DNA of 64,000 nucleotides from Bugula neritina (lineage: Eukaryota; Animalia; Bryozoa): the NCBI GenBank assembly GCA_964035545.1, contig OZ037767.1:4666707-4730706 (forward strand). The letters run 5' to 3'. The stretch's first letter is position 1; every line of letters starts with the position of its first letter. Shown here piece after piece: positions 40,601 through 55,600 of this stretch. The notes below the pieces were generated by a model. That model was given only the letters and a program-made list of their open reading frames with translations. It ran no database searches and was not told the DNA's origin. The translations under genes were made by a program, and so were the position numbers.

Positions 40601-43600
40601 CCTGGCCGAACCCGCCATTGTTTGCCAGGAAGTTGATGAATGCGGACATGATACCACACAGGCAGAAGATGAGTGACAGCGAAGGGGCGGGGACATGCTG
40701 CTGCTTGTGGTGCTGCCGCCAGAATATGTAGCCTATCACGAAAGAGTAGCTAGTATCACTGCTGTCTTTCTGATATGGTATTGTACCCTCAAGACTCATA
40801 CTAATTGTACCCTCATTTAGAAGTTTACTTGGATGTTTGACAACGTATAATTTAAGAATGTATTATAACATACATTTTATGTTAGAAGAGTAAATATGAA
40901 CTGAAGAACGCCTTATATAAGTGAAATGTTAGTATAGCATGCCAGGCACCAGAACAATGTATTGTAGAGCTATTTCATGAAGTATAACACTGTAGATGTG
41001 ATATACCATGACCATCAGTTATACAATAAGTAAGTTGCTAGAAGATAAATTATACTATATATTATGTACATGGAATACACACCTTTCTCTATAGAGTATT
41101 CAAACAGAGCCCAAAGATGCTGCTTAGCAGCTTCTGGTAACTCTCTGGGAAGTCTCTGTAACCATGTCTTGACATACGGCTGCCATCCCAAATCTACCGG
41201 GTCCTGGAAAACACAACGTAATATGCAGACTGTAGCATATATGTAATACAATATATATGTGTACCACACACACAATATACATGTACTATAGACGTTAGCA
41301 TGCATGAAACCACTAGTGTGACATAAACTTAACAATATACTTCATTTACATGTCAACTACATATAAGAAAACTCCATGCTAAAGGTAAGAAGGGTACCAA
41401 TTCCTTTTCACAATGACTCAGGGAAAGTTTCATTTGAAACAATTAATGAGGCTACATTAGCCTAAGTTCTCTGTTTACACTCACCATATATACCATGGCA
41501 CATCTACTGATAGTAGCCGGGCTAGCCTGCGACAGGTTGTCTACTTCAAATATCAGTCTCATGCCATCAGCCAGGGCTATTCTCTCACCATTGGAGAGAC
41601 ACAGAATTTTGGAGTCGTCCAACACTGTATTCAGGTTTTCCACCCACGTGGTGTCTACTGGCCCATCCAATACTAACCTACAAAATGATAAAACCTTTAA
41701 GAACAGCTAAGCAAAAAATTTTGTTTTAACATTTAGTTTCTAGTTGGGCTTTAAACAGTTTTTTCATTTCAAGTTCCAAGATGGCAATGTTTCCAGCTAC
41801 AATCACAGGTTATCAGATTATGTGAAAATACTTCCTTTACATAAACTACAAACATCTGATACTAGAATATTCCATAAGATGAAAATACCTACCATCTCCA
41901 GTTGACGATGCCTCCACTTCTGTTAGTTTCAGGTTCGGGTGCTTCATTGGACACGCCAGTTAACGATGAGTCAGCCCTCTGCAATAGACAGCATTCCTTG
42001 GGGTTTTAAACAGATTAAATATAACAGAGTTCCACCATTCTGACTGCATATACTGAGAGTGAGGGCTAAATCACTAGCTTTGCTTTGAATGTAAATTTGC
42101 ACATTGAAGTTATCTGCTCTTTCTGGGCCATTAATATTGAGACAATCATGTTGTTCAATTGTTCACTAGTTGAAGATTAGGCATATGAATAGTCCATGTG
42201 AATATCATACATATATGCCCATATAATAACAATATATTTATTATCACATAAATAATATTGCCACATAATAAAAAATATGATGGGTAGATCAGATTTGCCA
42301 CAAAAATCAAACTTGATATATAAATTATATTAAAATAAGTAATATGAGACAGCTGTAAAAATTACGGTTAAAATAATGCCGATATTTTATTACAGATATG
42401 CTATAGACCATGAAGATTTCAAATATGAAAAAACCGCAAATGATGTAACTATTTTTAAACAAATTTTGGAATAAACTTTTCACTAGTTGAGCATATCTGA
42501 GTATGCACAGACAGAAAGGCAGAAGATTGTGGCATACACTCACGTCTGACGCAACTTGTCTGCCACTACCGGCAGCTCCTTTACTAGCTTTATTAGAATC
42601 AGCTTTGTTGTCAGCGGTTAGTTCCTTAGCGAATCGTCGAACTGTTGAGGCAATCAGCCCGTCACTCCACTCAAACGTGTTGGGATCTGATTCCCCATAC
42701 AGGTCTCCCAGCTGGCAGCATTTTGGGTTGATGACGCAACTCTCCACATGACCTTTCTTATTAGCTCTTAGTAATTGCTGTAATTAATTGTTAATAAAAT
42801 TATTCAAACAACACATATACATACTAATTTGTTCACCAGGATACTGCACCTAAGTAAGTGTAAAGTACTAGATTTTATAAATTCTGCTAGTTGCAACGAA
42901 TAATTTTAGCATGATAGACCTGACTATAATATAAGCCAGCCATATTTTACATCAAAATACCAAATCAAAACTTATAAACTCAAACTAGTCAATAATATTT
43001 ATTGCTGCATTTAACACACACCAGTAACCAGCATGGTGGGCCAGAATTCCCACCATTACTTGTTATCATAAAAATAATATAAAACACTCCAGTTTATTAG
43101 CTCTTTCACATGTAGTTTTACTATATTTATGTATTTGACTTGATAATAAGGCAAAGAGGTAACCATATGGTGAAAATCATTGCGCCAAGCTAAAGTAAAA
43201 ATAATTCTGTATGAAGAAGATGCATGAAAGAGACATCCTAACTTGTTATTAAGCTGTTAAAAAGTGCGACTTAAAATGCACCAGTAATTATAATTATATG
43301 TTATTATATATTATTATATATTATTATATACTATTATATATTATTATATATTATTATATATTATACACTATAAATAAAAATATGGTTATCAAGTTGAAAT
43401 TCAATTACTCCATTACAAGAAATAAGGCTATATGCACAGGATCTAAGCTACAATAAAATAAATAAAAGAAACAGCAAAAGTGAAAGTTTTACAGCAGCAG
43501 TAAAACTGTTTTAACAGAGTTGGCTATGAAAGCATTACAGATCTATAGATAGACTACTTTACAAACTAGTGGCTACATGTTGACAAGAAAAAGTACGATC

Positions 43601-46600
43601 TGTTGAAGCTACTACTTCAAAGCAACAAAAGTTCACATTGCGCAATACATCTTTACGAGCTGAATTCTAACTTCAGCGAGAAATCAGTTATTAGTACACA
43701 TGTTTTCTATCACTAGACCCGTACACCGAAGTTACCTTAACTAAGTATACCTCTGTTACTTTCCTACGAGCCCTACGCTGCTGTCTGGACTGATAACTCC
43801 GCTGCTGATAAATTATGTGTATTAGAATTACGCAGAGGTAGGTAAGGGCCAAGGCCAGGGTAACAGTCTTGATACAAAGTTTGCAGCTTTATGTGGTATT
43901 AGTTGAAAACACATTTTATCATGGCTAAGAACCCAGCGAGAACCTTGAAAGTCGGGTTTCTGGGTGGCCCATTGACTCACATCCAAAGTATTCAGGCAAA
44001 ATAGCGTACATAGGAGTGCTGAGGTAACACAAGAAACGTAGCCATAAGCCTTTTCTGGCCCAATATTAATCCTGATGAGAATGTCTCTGATGTTACAAGT
44101 AAAACACTTAAAACAATGCATACTGTGTGATTATTCAAATTAACAAAACTGCCTAATTCCCTCGATTTAATACATAGTCGCAATTAAGCTTTGACAAGAA
44201 AAAATACACTTGAAATTTTCAAATTAAACTTTTATTGCTCAATAAAAATGACATGTTGTTCTGTTCAAAGTTGGCCTACTACCATACATCAATAAAAAAG
44301 CTACAAAAATTGATATTATATGCATATATTATATGCATATAGTTGAGTTATTAGGAATTGTCTTACCATGGTAGACTTGTTGAGGGTGTTGAAGGTATGC
44401 CCCGCATCACTTTTTATAATATCAGTAATAGTTGGAACAAGAACCAAGGCTTTCTGTAGAATATTTCTCACTGTGGTCTTACCACCACACGTCGGGCCGA
44501 CCAACATCACCCCGTGGCGTACTTGCAGTTGGCTGTGAAGCTGCTTGACTTTTTCTACCTGGCCTGACCACCACTGCAGCCCTAAATCCCTTGTGGTGAT
44601 AGATATAGCTTTCTAAAACAAGTCATACATCCACAGATATTACCATCCCTCAAGAGCAGATTCCAGTGCTGTTGCGGTTTATCTTTAAACAGTTGGTTAC
44701 ATGTGGTAAATCACAGTAATATATCATAACAGACTAATTTATTCACATATAGTAAAGTTTATTTAATATTTAATAACAAAACAATTTATTAAAAATGTAT
44801 TATTAAATAGTAAAACAATTTACTAGAAATTTACAGTGACAATGGTATAAGAAACAATTTGATGGAAACTTTCTGCCACCAACACTTTGTTGTATTTTGA
44901 GAAAACCTGAAATTCCCTGAATTTAATCAACATACTCGTGCCACAAACCAATACTTATTAGGAAAATTGGAGACCTAGGGCTATCTCCATCTCTCCACTA
45001 CTACACCTAAATGTTCAAGTTCTCAGCAATAATATTAATGGCAGAAAACAGAAATGGTTAGCAAATCTATGCATATGTAGAACACTTTCCTTCCTATGTC
45101 ATATAATCTATTAACCTAATGTACATACACTTATGCTAAGTAGATTCAGTAAATATCAAGCCTGCTAAGATGCAGAAGATTTCTTCATGTGATCAAAATA
45201 AAAACTGTTTTAACAGTTCATCACAAATTTATAAGTTGAATGATTTCACTAGTAAGATAAACTATCTCAATAGATTACCTCAAGAGCTGCATTCTCTGGT
45301 CTCGGAGGTTTCATTCCTGGGAAGAGATCGTCTAGCAGACTCTCAAAAAGAGGCACGTCTTCTGCTATAAACTTGGGCAAGTTGGCATCTCGCAGAGAGT
45401 GGATGAGGATGTAGGACTCCTCCAGTTCAGGAGTGAGCTTCGATCCATGTGACGATGAGTCATCAGATGAGTTAGGTGCACTATAAGTACAGAAGTAGTA
45501 GGGAGCTTGTTTAAATTAAGTGGAAGTTAAAAAACAACTCAAATTAGACAACTTTAGATTATTGGTACAACTTGGTATAAATTGCACGATATAAGAAGGT
45601 ACAGTTGTTGCATAAACACAGCATGTTGAGTTAAACAAGACAAACCTTCAATGATAAACCTTTTTAGATATTTTTAAATGCTTTTGGTCATCACAAAAGA
45701 TATCTTTACAATAATATACTATATTGACTAAAATCAACTGTTTCAATATTCCTAACAATGCTAAATAAAAGAAAGCCTCTAATTTCTGTTGATTACACAT
45801 AAGATTGTGGTTTAAATCCCCCGCAGAAAAAATCAAAAACCAATTCAGCAACCCTACAAGGCTACAAAACTAACCCAGTATAAATAACTTGAGATGCCTG
45901 CCCCTTCCTGTGACCAGCCATGACCAAGATAGACTTGATGGCTCTCATACCAAAGTCGTAGTGGTCCTGCTGAGAGAGCTGCGTACTGGCCAGCTGGTAC
46001 AAGTTCACTATCTTCTTAGATAGTGCTTTGGCTGACCGGAAACCTGGCGCAAAAGCCATCAACAAAAATATTGTAGCCAACATTTGAGCAGACAGTTGCC
46101 AGCTTTGTAGGAATGTGTGAAGAGTAGATGTAAAATATTACAATGACAAAACTCTAATGTGTATAAGCAAATACAGATCATAATAAAAATTTCCTGTAAT
46201 AAATTCAACATTAGAGTGCATATGTATCAACAGGTGTGGTATTCACATGTGAAATATGTTGAAAATATGCAATTTGATGTTATTATACATTTTAAAATTG
46301 CAACAGTGTTATGTTACAACTACAAGCGTATCATGTAAGCAATAATTTACTTTAAATAAGCTGAATCATATCTTTTTACCAAAATTAACCAGAACAGCAA
46401 AATTTAAACAGCTGTCTTTAAAGATTTATGACAAATAATTCTATTACAACCAATTAAAATAATGAAGCTTAAATATTATTGCCTAAAACAATAAAATATT
46501 GATAATGGTCACTTCAACTATATTAGCCGTATATATAGCATGATATACACAACTATGTGACTGACCTTCTGAGAATAGCATGATCTCTGCAATGAGAGCA

Positions 46601-49600
46601 TAGTTGGGGACCATCATAGCCACAGGTCTAAACAGAGACTTCAGGTTGTCTGGCAACTCCACACGGCCCGCATATCTGTGCATTTTATAAAATAGTAGGA
46701 CACATTTGTGTACAGCGAATATGTAAGTATTATTCCTATTAACATTATTTCATTTATAAATAAATTTAATATTTTTGATGTTTTGATTATATTCATACAG
46801 TAGAAGGCAACATACGTGGGGTTCATTGTGATGAAATAACCACAAGTAGGATTTAGTCTGATTTCTCGACCTTCAAACAAGAACCTCGGGGCGGTACTAT
46901 CCTTAGCCGTCTTTATGGTGTGAATCTGTTGGGCAACTACAGACAGGACTTCAATGTCTATCCTGTTGAACTCATCAAAACAGCACCAGGAGCCAGACTG
47001 GGAGAGACCAGAAAAGAACTTCCCGAGCATCTGTCAACAATAAACAAGTCAGTGGAAACACCAAACAAGCAAATGACATATGTCATACTAAAAGCATTAC
47101 ACTGTGCATTATACCATATACTCTGCAGCATATACTGTAAGATAGTATAGTATATAATATACACTATACTATATACTATACATTATATCACATACTATGC
47201 AGCATATACTATATAATATAATATACACTATATGCACTATACTATGTATACCAGATAGTATACTATACAGTATACAGTATACAGTATACACTATACTACA
47301 TTATATATACCGCATACCATACACTATATTATATGCTATACAGTATATACTACACAGCAAAATAAGTATATTAAAGCAAACAAATTATCAAATAATATAA
47401 GCAATAAGCACCGACCTTGTAATCCAGTCCTTCTGAACAGTTAAAGACGACACATTGTTTCCCCAAAGACTATAAATAGAATAGTAGTCATACAATATAA
47501 TTACCATAAAATTTATTTAAATTATATGAAAAGTTCCTTTAGTTTAATTTCTAAGGTGAGAAACAAACTTAGCCTGTTTTCCATCAATTGACCTACATAC
47601 TAATAGTTCAATAGCACTAAAAAGAAACATAAATTACATAAGAGTAGATGGCACCAGCGATACCTTAGCCAGATCCTTTACAGTTTCAGTCTTGCCAGTA
47701 CCGGCAGGGCCAGCAGGTGACCCACCAAGATGGAGGTGAAGGGCACCTGTTAGAGTGAGGTAGCACCTGTCAGTCAGAGGTGTCATGACCAGACGAGGTG
47801 AGCAGCCGAGATACTCGTAGCCGTACGTGAAGTTGGCGTCGCACTGTATCAGCTGACAGTCGTTCTTCTGCTCGTCCCACTCATATCTCAGTTGTCTAAA
47901 ACACGTCACAGGGATTCACTTCCTGTCAGCACTTCCTGTTACTATCAGCACTTCCTGTTACTACCAACACTAAATTTATTGCACTTCCACAACTAATAAA
48001 TTAATATTTAACAATTACAATAACTGTTTCACTAATTAAACCAACAGTGAGATATGCTACAGTACCATTTCGAGATAGCTACTCTAAGTAATATCCAAAA
48101 TAAACCGACTCAATAAAACTGTTCAAGCTCAAAGCAGGTGCCTAAAATAGTATAAATTAATTATTGCTGCAAGTTGGACATTTTAATCACAGCTTACAAA
48201 TTTAATTGTTGCGCTCTGTACTTTTATTCATTATCATAGAGTTAATGATTAACAGTTTGAATTAATTTTTTTAAAATCGTTTTTGTAAATCAGACTACAA
48301 GTTTACACAGACTGTGTTTCTTCACAACATTTCAGTGGCATACCTGAGCCAATCAAAGTCCCTCTTATCAGTTATGCCAGACTCAATGAGAGAGGTAACA
48401 ATATCTCGATTGTGTACTTGTATAGTGAGCATAGCTTCCACACTCAGTCTCTTGTAGCTAATCAGGTCAGTAGACACTAACTCTGTTAACTGATTGAGTA
48501 TAGAGATCATTTCCTCCCTATACGTCTGCATAGCCTCAACACATTTGTAGTTGGCGAAACACTTGCACATTGCCTTGTTGAACATTATCTGGATCTGCAA
48601 CAGAGGAAGTTTAACATTCGGCAAATTTTCTTCAAATATAATTTTATATACAAATTACTAATATTAGGACTTAGGAGCAGATAAATAACAAAAGTAACAA
48701 TCCAGGCAATATTATAGTTGCATAAGATACTTCACAACACTTCTGTAAGTGAAGAATGTGACAACTCCAAAGTTCAAATTCAAAACACAGCTGAACAATG
48801 AAAGTTACTAGAAGGTAATTTACTTTTAAAAACAATATTAAGGTTTGCCAATACCATGGCTGACTACTGAGCATTAATGAAATGCGTCTACAATAACATG
48901 ATGCAGTTTTAACAAAACAGTGATTAGAATAAACAAATTATCAGTAGAGTATAAATAAAACGTAGTAATAGCAATAAGCTACAAAAGAACAATAAGCGAA
49001 AATGGAGAGTTAGCAATAAGCGAAAATGGATAGTTAGATATAAGCTAGAATGTAGAGTTAGCATTAAGCTAGGATGAAGAGCACTTACCACTGTGAGGAC
49101 AACTTGACCTGGATGTTCCAGAACCCATTCTTTTAGTTCAGCACCCACCCAGCTAGCCAATCCACTCTTCAGGTGTCTACAAGTTAGAGACAATAGCTTA
49201 CAACTCCCAACAACAATAGTAGTTTATATGATAATACATTGAGTAATCATAATGACTCACCTTTTAACACTGTCAAACATTCCCGTCTCCACAACCCCAA
49301 GCCAAGCTTCTACAGGTGGTCTTGCTCGTACATTTCTTACAAAGTAAACAACGAGTAGTATAAGGAATAGCACCAATTTTTCAAAAAGAACTTTTGTAAT
49401 TTTATACAATTTTCAAAACTTAAAGTTCTGTACAATATCATAGTTTTAAATGTTGTATATAGAAGCCTTCTTAAAAACTACCAAAGCACTTACTAACCTT
49501 TTCTTTTATTATTTCAGGCTAATGACAAAATATCAAATTTTGACAACTAGCTTACAATTTTACAATTATTATAGAATATAGCAAATTTTGCTTACTTTTC

Positions 49601-52600
49601 CAAATAATCTTTTACTTTATATCATATTACTATAGAATATAACATTATAAAATATTAATGAGGATGACCTACTTCGGCATAGGGAGTTGTTCTCCCTCAG
49701 CGGATCTCATACTTTTAACAGTAGGCGGCTGTCTGGGTACAACTTGTATGTCTAAAGAATGAACATTTGCAAAGCACTTGGCCAGATGGGGTTGTACCGC
49801 TTCAGGGTTCTTACTGTGGGCCAGGATGTCCAACAAATCGTCGTTAGACAGGAAGTAAAATCTTGGAAATACGAGTCGTTTTGTCTCAAGATAATCCTAA
49901 AGTTATAAACGAAAATTTCTTACTTTCCAATTTATAGAAATAAATTTGTTTACACATAAAATGCGTCAATTAAACAATTCACAAAATATAGTCAAATTGT
50001 CAAAACTAAAACAGATGGTCAAAAAGGAACCATACAACATTCCAACTACAAGTGGCTAATTGTCAATTATTATCAATAATTAATAATAACATAAATCTTT
50101 ATTTAACGAGTTGTGTCTAATGCTGAATAGAAGCAAAAGTGCCATAATTTCTCGGCACTTCATACTTATAATAAAACAATTTTAAACTACTGATTAAAAC
50201 TACAATAGACTTTATTCAAAGAAACTATAAAAAACAACAAATATTATCAGGTATATGAGCTTTAATTACTTCTATTGATTTTATAACCAACTTAAGTGAC
50301 CTTTGAACTTTGGTTACATCTAATGACATTATAGGCAACCTATGAACTCACCCTTGATCCTTCACTTACCTCTAGACACTTGTGGATCTTTTCCAAGCTG
50401 GTGTTAGAAGACTGCAGCATCTCAAGAACTCCTGGTGCTGTCCCGGCCTTAAGTGCATTGGGTCTGTCCACTGTGCGTCTCATCAGATCCCTCCACGACT
50501 TATCAACATTGGTGAACAGTTTCGACTCAGTCGGCAATTGTCTCTACACAATATGAATACACAGTCTCTACACAATATAAATACAGAATCTCTACACAAT
50601 ATAAATACAGAGTCTCTCCACAATATAAATACAGAGTCTCTACACAATATGAATACACAGTCTGTACACAACCAAATACAGAATCTCTACATAACCAAAA
50701 ACAGAGTCTTTACATAACCGAGTGAGAAATATTAAGATATGTTGAATATTGAGCATTAGTTACGGTTAACCAGAACTTCGACACATCAAAGTAGTTTCAC
50801 AGCTTGGTTGTTTAAATTAACCACTTTAATACTTTGTCATAAATGGGAAGGTAGGTTAACTGATCACTTAACAGAGTTATATATACAAAAAATAGCATAC
50901 ATTAAAAGTCTCATAAACTTGACTTCAGTTTATACCTGAATATCAGGATTACTGAATATCTGCTCGAGATAGAGCCAGTTCCGCTGGCAGTTCATCCATT
51001 CATCTAGAGTTCTGGCAAAAAGTGTGAGTCGTCTTTCCCAGTCATCGACCTGAAAGAGAGATTACTCCTTTTAATACATACATATCTCACTGCTATATAT
51101 AAATTATTAGGCATTATATGTGTATTAACTAATAAAGAATCTGTTGTAAACCCAAGAAAATTATTATATCAATGACAATAAGCACTACCAACAAGTTTTA
51201 AGTGACTCAATCTTGAGTTGTTTGCAGAAGAGCGAGTTATTCGTTTTTTCAAAAATGAAAGAATATATTTTAAAGTTCAGCCCCAGGCCCTAGTATTTTG
51301 TGTTGTTAGTAATTTGTAAAACAGTTCAAAATTTACTTGCTGTCTGCTACAAAGAACAAAGAGAAGAGAAGCCGGGCGTACCTGTGTCTTTATAGGAGTG
51401 ACGTATCTGGAGCCCCTGATGGTGCCGATGGTAACTTGGCTCTCTTCCAACAGAGCCATGATGTCATCGGCAGCGCTGATAATATGAGTATCTCTGGCCT
51501 GGTGAGCCACAAACCTGAAGTCCGTACTCTGCCACAGGGCTATCACCTGCACATCATCACAACAGTTACTAATAGTAAACACTACTTATTGTAAGAGTCA
51601 CTAGAGATGAAACTGTAAAAATTTCTGCCCCCACTGGAATTCGAATTATTGTATGGCTATTCAATCATATATTTATGCTATTTTACTCATGTTACTTTAT
51701 ATTTACACGTCACTTTTTGTACTAAAGTAAAGATGTAGTTTGGTAACCCAAACGCATACTGAGTGAGCATACTGTAAAAACCTCGGCTTTCACCAAGAAT
51801 AGAACTGCATACCTCCAACTTACAAGCCAACGTACTAACCATTACACTATGGGGGCTACTAGGGATCTCAACACCACAGTAATCGTAACAGAACTGATAA
51901 TATATTCACCCGTATGACATAATATTCAATAACCATAATTACTCATTAATAAGCTTGGTGTAAAATGTTTATTACTAAGCATAAATATGTAAATAACAAA
52001 AACATTTCCCACCTTTTGTAGCATAGTTTCTAGAGTAGCTTCATTAGAGGCGGTGGTTGATATGTCTTGGATCTTAGTCTTGTGCTTATAGATCTTCATC
52101 TCCATCAGGTTACCCAGAGTAAAGGCTTGACCTCGCGGGATCTGTCGTCCAATCAGAGTCTCAATCTCAGTCCAGTGACGAGCCCGTAGTGAAGGGTTGC
52201 GCAGAGATACAATGACAGGCATACCTGCAACGTGACAACATATCAACACCTGGAAAATGTTTCAGCATTACCCAACATTTTAGACACATAAGCTTCATGA
52301 AACACGTATTGAAAAGCTGGAGTTACACACTGAAAGATAATTAAATGACAAAAAAAAAGAATAAATGGCTACCTTGTTTGAAATCAGTCACTCTGTGTTT
52401 GAGGTTGGGCACAACATCATTGGTAGGCAGACCTAAAAATAAAATCAGCTCAAAAGGTTGAATAGATATAAATAAATACTGTATGCTGTATATAAAGACA
52501 CCTTCCAAACTTACACTACATGTCAAGAAGCAACTTTATTATACATTTGAATGTTGATAACTCAAAATTATAACATTTCTTACTTTTTTTCTTTTTGTTA

Positions 52601-55600
52601 ACCCCCAACTGGCTATCTACTAATCAATTTGCACAATCACTACATGTTTAAATATTTTATCATTACTCTCAGTACAATGCTTATAGTAAGTAGTGCCATG
52701 TTTATAGTGAATAATGCCATGTTTAGAGTGCTACATCGATCTGGGAGGCCATACAACAATTAGGAATATTAAATGAATAAAAAAACATAATGTTGTTTGT
52801 TTAACATGGCCAGAATTTATAAATTGCTAATTTGCAGTTTATAATTAGCATTGTTTGTGTAGAAATTATTCATTTGTTGCAAGAGTCACATCAAAACACA
52901 GAAGATCAAAAGAAACTTAACACCTAAAAAGAAACTTAACACAAAATAGTAGACAGCAGATGAATAATAGGAATTGTCAAACCTTTTTCCAGCATATAAA
53001 CAGTTTGAGTGAATCTGTTGACATTCTTCTGCAGACTCTCAACGTTTAGCTGATCAAATGTTGTGGCCGTCCACTCCTCCACCAACTTAGTTAGTTCCTC
53101 GGACGACTCCCACAGCAGACGACGCAATGTCAGGTCTCGCTCTATCTCCCCGAGTTCACTCTGTACAACATGCGCTTTAACCCCCTCGTCTCTGTCCAGC
53201 AAAATGTATTCTCTACCAAAAACATAAATTGTTATAAAATAAATACAAATGTCCATTAAAATATCTGTTTGAATCTTAGGTGTAAAATCGCTTTTATCAA
53301 ATGTTACAAGTATGCTGTTACATAACATAGAAAACTGCATGGAAACAAATTCATTGCTTTCAAACTTTTGGTAAGATCTGCTTGCTTTGGCTCAGTTTGG
53401 TTGCCAGCTTGTGTCATTCCACTAAGGTGTATTGCTATAATTATGTCAAGTTAACTATCAGTATTATAAAAATAAATTACTTGTGCAAGAAAGAAAAAAA
53501 TATTAATTGGAGTGATTAATTCAAATTAGCAAATTAATGGTAATACTATATGAAGTAACAAAGAGTATATCACTCATATTTTTATGCATACTATCACAGA
53601 AGCCAAACACGATTATTGTTTTATTTCCATTTACTAAAATAATTATAATATTTTTAATTATAATATTATTTAAACTAATTTTACAAGCGCATCCAACTTA
53701 CTCAGCCTTCTTGGAGGAAGCCAAAGATGTTCCAAACCTCTCCTGGTAATTAGCATAGTTTCTCACTTTAGTGGACAAACTCTGAACCTCGTCTTGTAAA
53801 CCTATACAAAATAAAATATACAAACTATTGAGGAGCACCTCACAAAATACCATAAAAGTAATTTTATGCTGAATAAAGTTGTCTAAATTACAGTTCAAAC
53901 TTTGTGACATGATATCACGTAGCAATGTAGGGTGAGCTGTGTATATGATGTAGTATGTAAGGATACACCTCATACTGCAAGGTATTTTAGATCATCACAA
54001 ACAAACGCTTTTTGACTTGCTAGAAGATATAAATTTTACTTCACATCTATATTTATGATTATGCAATAACTTAAAATATTTATGAAAATAAATCCAGTGC
54101 ATCAAAACATCTGTACAGGAAAAAATCCACAGATATACAATAAAATTCCTACTACCAGACATGTGATAGGATGTATCAAACACAACACCAGACACAACAT
54201 CAGACACAATATTATAGGCAATATCAGACACGATATCATATACATCATACACAATGTTAGACACAAGGTAAGATACATCAAATACAAGATCAGACACAAC
54301 ATCAGACACAAGAGCAGACACAAGATCAGACACAATATCAGACACAATAGACACAATATGACACAACATCAGACACAACATTAGACGCAACATCACACGC
54401 AAGATCAGACGCGAGTTCAGAAACTATAAGTCTAGAGACAAACTGTTGCTCACTTTTTATACGTTCCAAAGCTACCAGACTCATGGTCTCAGAACTTATC
54501 AGCAAGGGATCTCTGACTACATTCTTCAAGGTCATCAGATGAAATCTAGTTTCTCGTATTAATGAGTTCAAGTCTGAGCTGAATATTCGGATATTCTCTT
54601 CCTTTTTAGCCTCGCAGTAAAGTATAGTTGACTAAAAGGCAAGCAGAGCAATTCAATATTCATCTCATTTACACCAGGTTTAAAATGAAACATTCAAGAA
54701 GGATTATTCAATGCCGAAACACTATATAACTATATTACACAAGGCTAGTGTTTAAAATATATGCGGAGGCATTGATATTATTGGTTGTATAATAAGCCCT
54801 AAACTTTGGTACCATGTATCTTGGAAAATGAACACTGATGGTAAGGAAAACTTAAAAATAAAATCCTATTTTATTACCATATTTATAATAAATATAGTCA
54901 CTATACAATATAAAATACAAGATAGAAACAGAATAGAATATAGTAGTTATAATCAACTCAACACATGGATACTGCATTAAATTTTGTATTTGAGACTAAT
55001 ATACCAATGCCAGCATAATTCTCATGTGACCTTAAAGCAAGAAAATTAGCAAATACACAGTAAATTATCCTGTATTCTTTGGCCATTTGATGTCTAACCT
55101 AGGAACTAGTTGCCAAGACTATTAACGACGCAATACTATCAAATCCTACTCCACACAAACAACTTAAACAAAATAAAGATCTCACTTTGAGATGCTGGAA
55201 ACTCGGCGCCAATGTTTGGTAAAGAGCAAAGTCTTCTGGGTGAACATTCACATCAAACTCCTTAGAGATGGTGTACAATCTAGTCACAACATTAAACTCT
55301 CTCTCTAGTGTGGGCATGTCTGCCACCATCCTACTTAGATAGCTCAGGTGCTCCACAAAGGCATCTACAGTCTCAGGGGTGAAGTCCAGACGTTTACTCG
55401 AGCTCTAAAATAAAATACAATTTCATTCTTACTTAATTTAAAAATAACTAGCTCAGAAAATATGATATTGAACATGCATATACATATAATAATAAAATAG
55501 CACAACATAATATATATAATATAACATTTAACATAATATAATTCAATATGCACAAAAAATTTGTATCAACATAATGTCCCCTAATAAATCACTAGTGATT

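Noticed and set aside
43981-44086. Exon-like segment ending in GTGAGT
   Set aside because: No acceptor gives a phase 0-0 open exon (TAA or frameshift).
45885-45905. Possible GC-AG donor after MAGHRK
   Set aside because: A canonical GTTAGT donor at 45874 gives the required phase 2.
51790-51858. Functional tRNA gene
   Set aside because: B-box is degenerate and the acceptor stem does not close; treated as a SINE head.
53995-54402. His/Asn/Ile-rich and Val/Ser/Asp-rich ORFs
   Set aside because: Products of the 12-bp minisatellite.
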